Shown one piece after another: positions 60,373-64,000 of a stretch of 64,000 nucleotides of DNA. Source of the DNA: Yuukianura sp. NJ FZ-2021 (Eukaryota); contig CM102289.1 in the NCBI GenBank assembly GCA_046563655.1, positions 1,426,001 through 1,490,000 on the forward strand, given 5' to 3'. The notes below the pieces were generated by a model. It had not been told where the DNA came from. It searched no databases and worked only from the letters and a program-made list of their open reading frames with translations. The first letter of the stretch is position 1, and every line of letters starts with the position of its first letter. The translations under genes and the position numbers were made by a program.

Positions 60373-61059
60373 TTAAGATTTCCGTTGAAGTAGCATGAAA
60401 TTGGTCATACTGTCGAACATGTAAACTCCAGGATCAGTTAATTTAGAATTAATTAGTGGCTTAACCATTTCATTTAAAGTTTCTAAATCATTTTGTAGCT
60501 GTTCACAGTTGGACACAGACGGCTCGAAATTCCTGTACCCATACGCAAGCGTTATATGAAATCCCGGGAATATGCTGTCCGCAGTCTCATAAACGGCGGT
60601 CAAACGTTGTCGGACGTGTATCATCTTTTGGTGGTAATCATCGTGCAGGGTAAGGTTTAGTTTCAGAACAGCGAGTTTGTGACCATCCACGGAACTTCGG
60701 AATGTCATGTCCTTGATTCCACTGACAGATGCCGGCAACTCCGACAGAATCGCTGAAGCTTCTTCGTTTTGCTTAGCAAGTACTTCGTCTGGTAACCATC
60801 CTTCGACGGGAACGGTCACCGCAGAATCCTGCTCGAGCCAACGCTGCACTGGAGGTATCAGTGGACCTTTCTTTGTGGTATAAACATTAAAAATGGTCAT
60901 ATGGTAAGACTCATGCGGTAGCGGCGAAAAGTACTCCGCAAGGGACGAGGTCCGAATGAAATTTTCAATCCTAATCCCAAGATCTTCCGGATGCTCAAGC
61001 ATTACGAGAGTTGTGTATCCATAAAACGGTAAATACTTCCCATTGTCATCCAACTTCAT
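60373..61059 (-). CDS. 2H-phosphoesterase (DUF1868-like), single coding exon, 228 aa
   Basis: Two HxT motifs (LPHESYHMTIF and FHITLAYGY); N-terminus KLDDNGKYLPFYGYT; upstream GT-AG intron at 61192-61118 in the 5' UTR. Confidence 0.8.
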   Translation of the reverse strand: MKLDDNGKYLPFYGYTTLVMLEHPEDLGIRIENFIRTSSLAEYFSPLPHESYHMTIFNVYTTKKGPLIPPVQRWLEQDSAVTVPVEGWLPDEVLAKQNEEASAILSELPASVSGIKDMTFRSSVDGHKLAVLKLNLTLHDDYHQKMIHVRQRLTAVYETADSIFPGFHITLAYGYRNFEPSVSNCEQLQNDLETLNEMVKPLINSKLTDPGVYMFDSMTNFMLLQRKS

Positions 61060-61793
61060 CGTGTGCGTGCCTTTCGAATGAATTCGGCCGCCTGAATAAC
61101 CAAAGTACTCCAATTACCTGACAAAGAATTGCTTCATAAGAACAAGTGAACATAATTATTAATTAGTATAATCAAGAAATGTCAGAACTTACCAATACCT
61201 AGATATTAAAGCGTAGATTCTAATCAGAACGAAAACAGTTAGTCAAGGGTTTGCAGTTTTACACCACTACGTCTGGAATTGGAATTGCCAAGAGTTAGGC
61301 TAATCAGCGGAATCGGTAGAAAACGAGAATCAGCGGCGCAGTCTTAACTGCAAACAAAAATAGGCTGACGTAAGGCAAAAGTGCATACGTGTAAAATACG
61401 GTTCAAATATATTTTAAAATTATAATATATATTTCACAACATGTAATAATTCATACATATAGTCATACAACATACACATACGTATATATATGTCATCTGT
61501 GTAATAAATGCACGGCGGTATGAAACAACGAAATTGCAAAAACATATTGTGTCCTTTTCAAGCAGCATAACGCTAATGCATTAAAAAAAATTAATTTTTA
61601 ATCTATTTAAGTACCTTGAATTTACGTAAAGAAATTAAAGCCAAGGTTCGTAAAGAAACACATTGTTTATTCTACACTGTAGTAAATACCATTTGTTGTA
61701 TTTCTTTTGTCAAAGCACCTTGTTAAAAACTTACGAATAGTTCCAGTTACTAATAATTATATTAATGAAGTTTTAATGATGGTACGCCGGTGA

Positions 61794-64000
61794 TCAGTGT
61801 TGAAAGGCCTCTTGGAAAGCATGTTTGAGAATAGAAAATGTTGGTCTAGCTTCGGGATCTGTCAGCCAGCATCTCATCATGAAGTTGTACCTGTCAATGT
61901 GGAAAATGTTTCTTTTACAAAGTAAATTCAAAATTTGAAACTTAATTTTAAATATGAAGATTTTGGTTTTTGTTGTACACTTCTTCCGAGGCATAAGGTG
62001 GTTTAGCCATTCGATATCCCTCTGTCAACATCTTCCATGAACTGCAATCCCAGTGTGGAAGGCCAGGATATGGCGGTTGACCCAAGCTGTAAATTTCCCA
62101 CAATGTTACGCCGTAACTCCACACATCAGATTTCACAGAAAATTCCAAATCTCTCAAAGATTCAATTGCCATCCATTTTAGCGGAAGTGGACACTAAATT
62201 TTAAATTTTCATTTTTCAAAATTCAAGCGCCATTTTCCAAATTTTAAGAATAGTTAACCTCAAGCCGTTGGACATAAACCGTGTAGTCGCTCAGTTGTTT
62301 TGACAAACCGAAATCTCCTACTTTTGCTGTCAGGGACTCTGTCAACAGAATATTGCGGGCTACAAGCAAGCGTAAGTAAAAAATCAAAATAAATTCAAAA
62401 CAGTATCATTTTCATAGTTGATTTTTTTTTCATAAAATAAAGTTATAGTGGGGTTAGTACTACACAAAAAGTAAATTCAAAGTTATGATTCAGAAATTTA
62501 CCCGCCAGATCTCCATGCACAATCTGAAAATATGAACAACAAAAAACCGCATTTACATCAGAATTTGAAGTTTTCGTTTTTTTAAACATTTTATTTCAAC
62601 GTTTTTTACTGAATGTCATACGTTTTTGTCGCTAAGAAATTCCATTCCGGAAGCAATTTCAGCAGCCCACCTCAGTAAGTCTTTCGAGGAAATTTTCTTT
62701 ACCGAAACATTTTGGTAGTCAACGACACTAAATTTGATGTAAAATTTAGTTAACTTATTGTTAACTACAATTAAGTTAATTTAGTTGTCATTCAAAAAGT
62801 AAAGTATCAGCATCTTTACCTGTGACGTGACGGTGTGTACCGTCCATGCGCAGCGAGATGATTGACAAACTGGTCTTTGTATTTTCGTAAATATTTTAAA
62901 ACGTTTCCATTTGCACAGTACTCATAAATTAAATAAACTTCCCCTACAAATTAAGATGGCACCTAATTTTCAATTTCAATTACAATTCAAATTAGAACTT
63001 CAAAAATCTTACGTTTTTCTATATTTTGAGTACATCCGCCAATTAAGTTGACAATATGTTCATGTTGCCCCACGAAACAACAAATTTTGAGTTCTGACAA
63101 CAACACCTTGAGGTACGAAATGTCAGCAAATTTTTTGACTGTTTTGATTGCAATGTACGACTTGTCCAACTTCCCTCTCGTTACTTTTCCAAATTGCCCA
63201 TCGCCCAACACTTTGGATTCTGTAAAGAAAATTTCGAAAAAAAAGAAAAGAAAAAAAAAGAAGATTTTTATGAAAAGCAGTATTTGGAAATATTTAGTTT
63301 TATATTATACCAAATTTTATTTTTGATTTTGGAATTTCAAACTCTGTGTTGTATGGGTAGAAGAGCGGAGAATTTTCATTTTGCATTTGTTTATCTCCGT
63401 GAGTGAATTCGTGAATTTCCTCTTCCGTTAATTTTTGAATTTCGCGGTATTTGGCGCGTAATTTGAGGTAAACGACAAATCCAATTCCAAGCAAAACGAT
63501 TAGAACTAGAATTGGAAAGCCTATAACTACAGCTATGTGAAACCTCCCGGATGAATCTGTTAATTTCAAAAAAAAAAATTCAAATTTTTTTTTTTTTTTT
63601 TTGATTTCTTTGTAAAATTTTGAAATTTAAGAAAGCATACGTGTTATCGTGTGGTTGAGTTGCTTTTTTTCGTAAAATGAAATATCGGCTTCACATGTAT
63701 ACGTTTCAACCGAACCAGGATTTTTAGTAATTTTTAAAACCGAAGTTATTGCACTGCCGACTATTGTGCTGTTCCAGTGATCAGCATGTACTGCCTACAT
63801 AGACAAAAATGTCAACAACAATAATGTCAACAACAATAATGTCAACAACATAATGATCAACCCTGTGTAAGTATCGAAATTTATGTGTTACAATATCATT
63901 TTTCCTCCATGTAATCACAGGTACCGGTTCACCGGTTGCCGTACAATGCAGTTCAGTCACGCTGTTACCCTCGGTAACCTCTGTTATGTTCAAAATAGAG
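61794..64000 (-). CDS. Receptor tyrosine kinase (Ig domain, TM, PVR/VEGFR/FGFR-like kinase); 5' part beyond the window
   Basis: Ig ([17 protein letters not shown]...YTCEA), TM ([24 protein letters not shown]), [58 protein letters not shown]. Confidence 0.9.

Noticed and set aside
63640..63680. Possible frameshift in the RTK Ig exon at the poly-T run
   Set aside because: On recount the exon ends in phase 1 and joins the TM exon in frame.
63808..63855. 15-bp repeat encoding IVVDI in the ORF track
   Set aside because: It falls in the intron between the donor at 63891 and the acceptor at 63795; a non-coding minisatellite.

Overview
AT-rich, gene-dense eukaryotic DNA with short GT-AG introns. 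It is almost certainly arthropod; the gene repertoire suggests a springtail-like hexapod, but that is inference. Conserved genes: MyoD/nautilus (3' part), a short ABCC4/MRP4-type transporter, TTC36, TPRG1L, an Ack-like/PR2 kinase, an F-box gene, Selenoprotein T and a receptor tyrosine kinase (3' part). Between MyoD and TTC36 lies a ~33 kb birth-and-death region. It holds a frameshifted divergent ionotropic receptor, four gustatory receptors plus a remnant, seven copies of an unrecognised secreted 10-Cys protein, a mucin-like gene with a Cys-rich tail, and a pair of small orphan genes. Highlights: (1) SelT with an in-frame UGA in a CxxU motif and a well-formed SECIS in its 3' UTR; (2) the 7-gene 10-Cys family; (3) a single-coding-exon 2H-phosphoesterase resembling bacterial/viral proteins (horizontal-transfer candidate); (4) several long palindromic or MITE-like elements, one enclosing a tRNA-like Pol III cassette. 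All exon boundaries were read by eye and no database searches were run.
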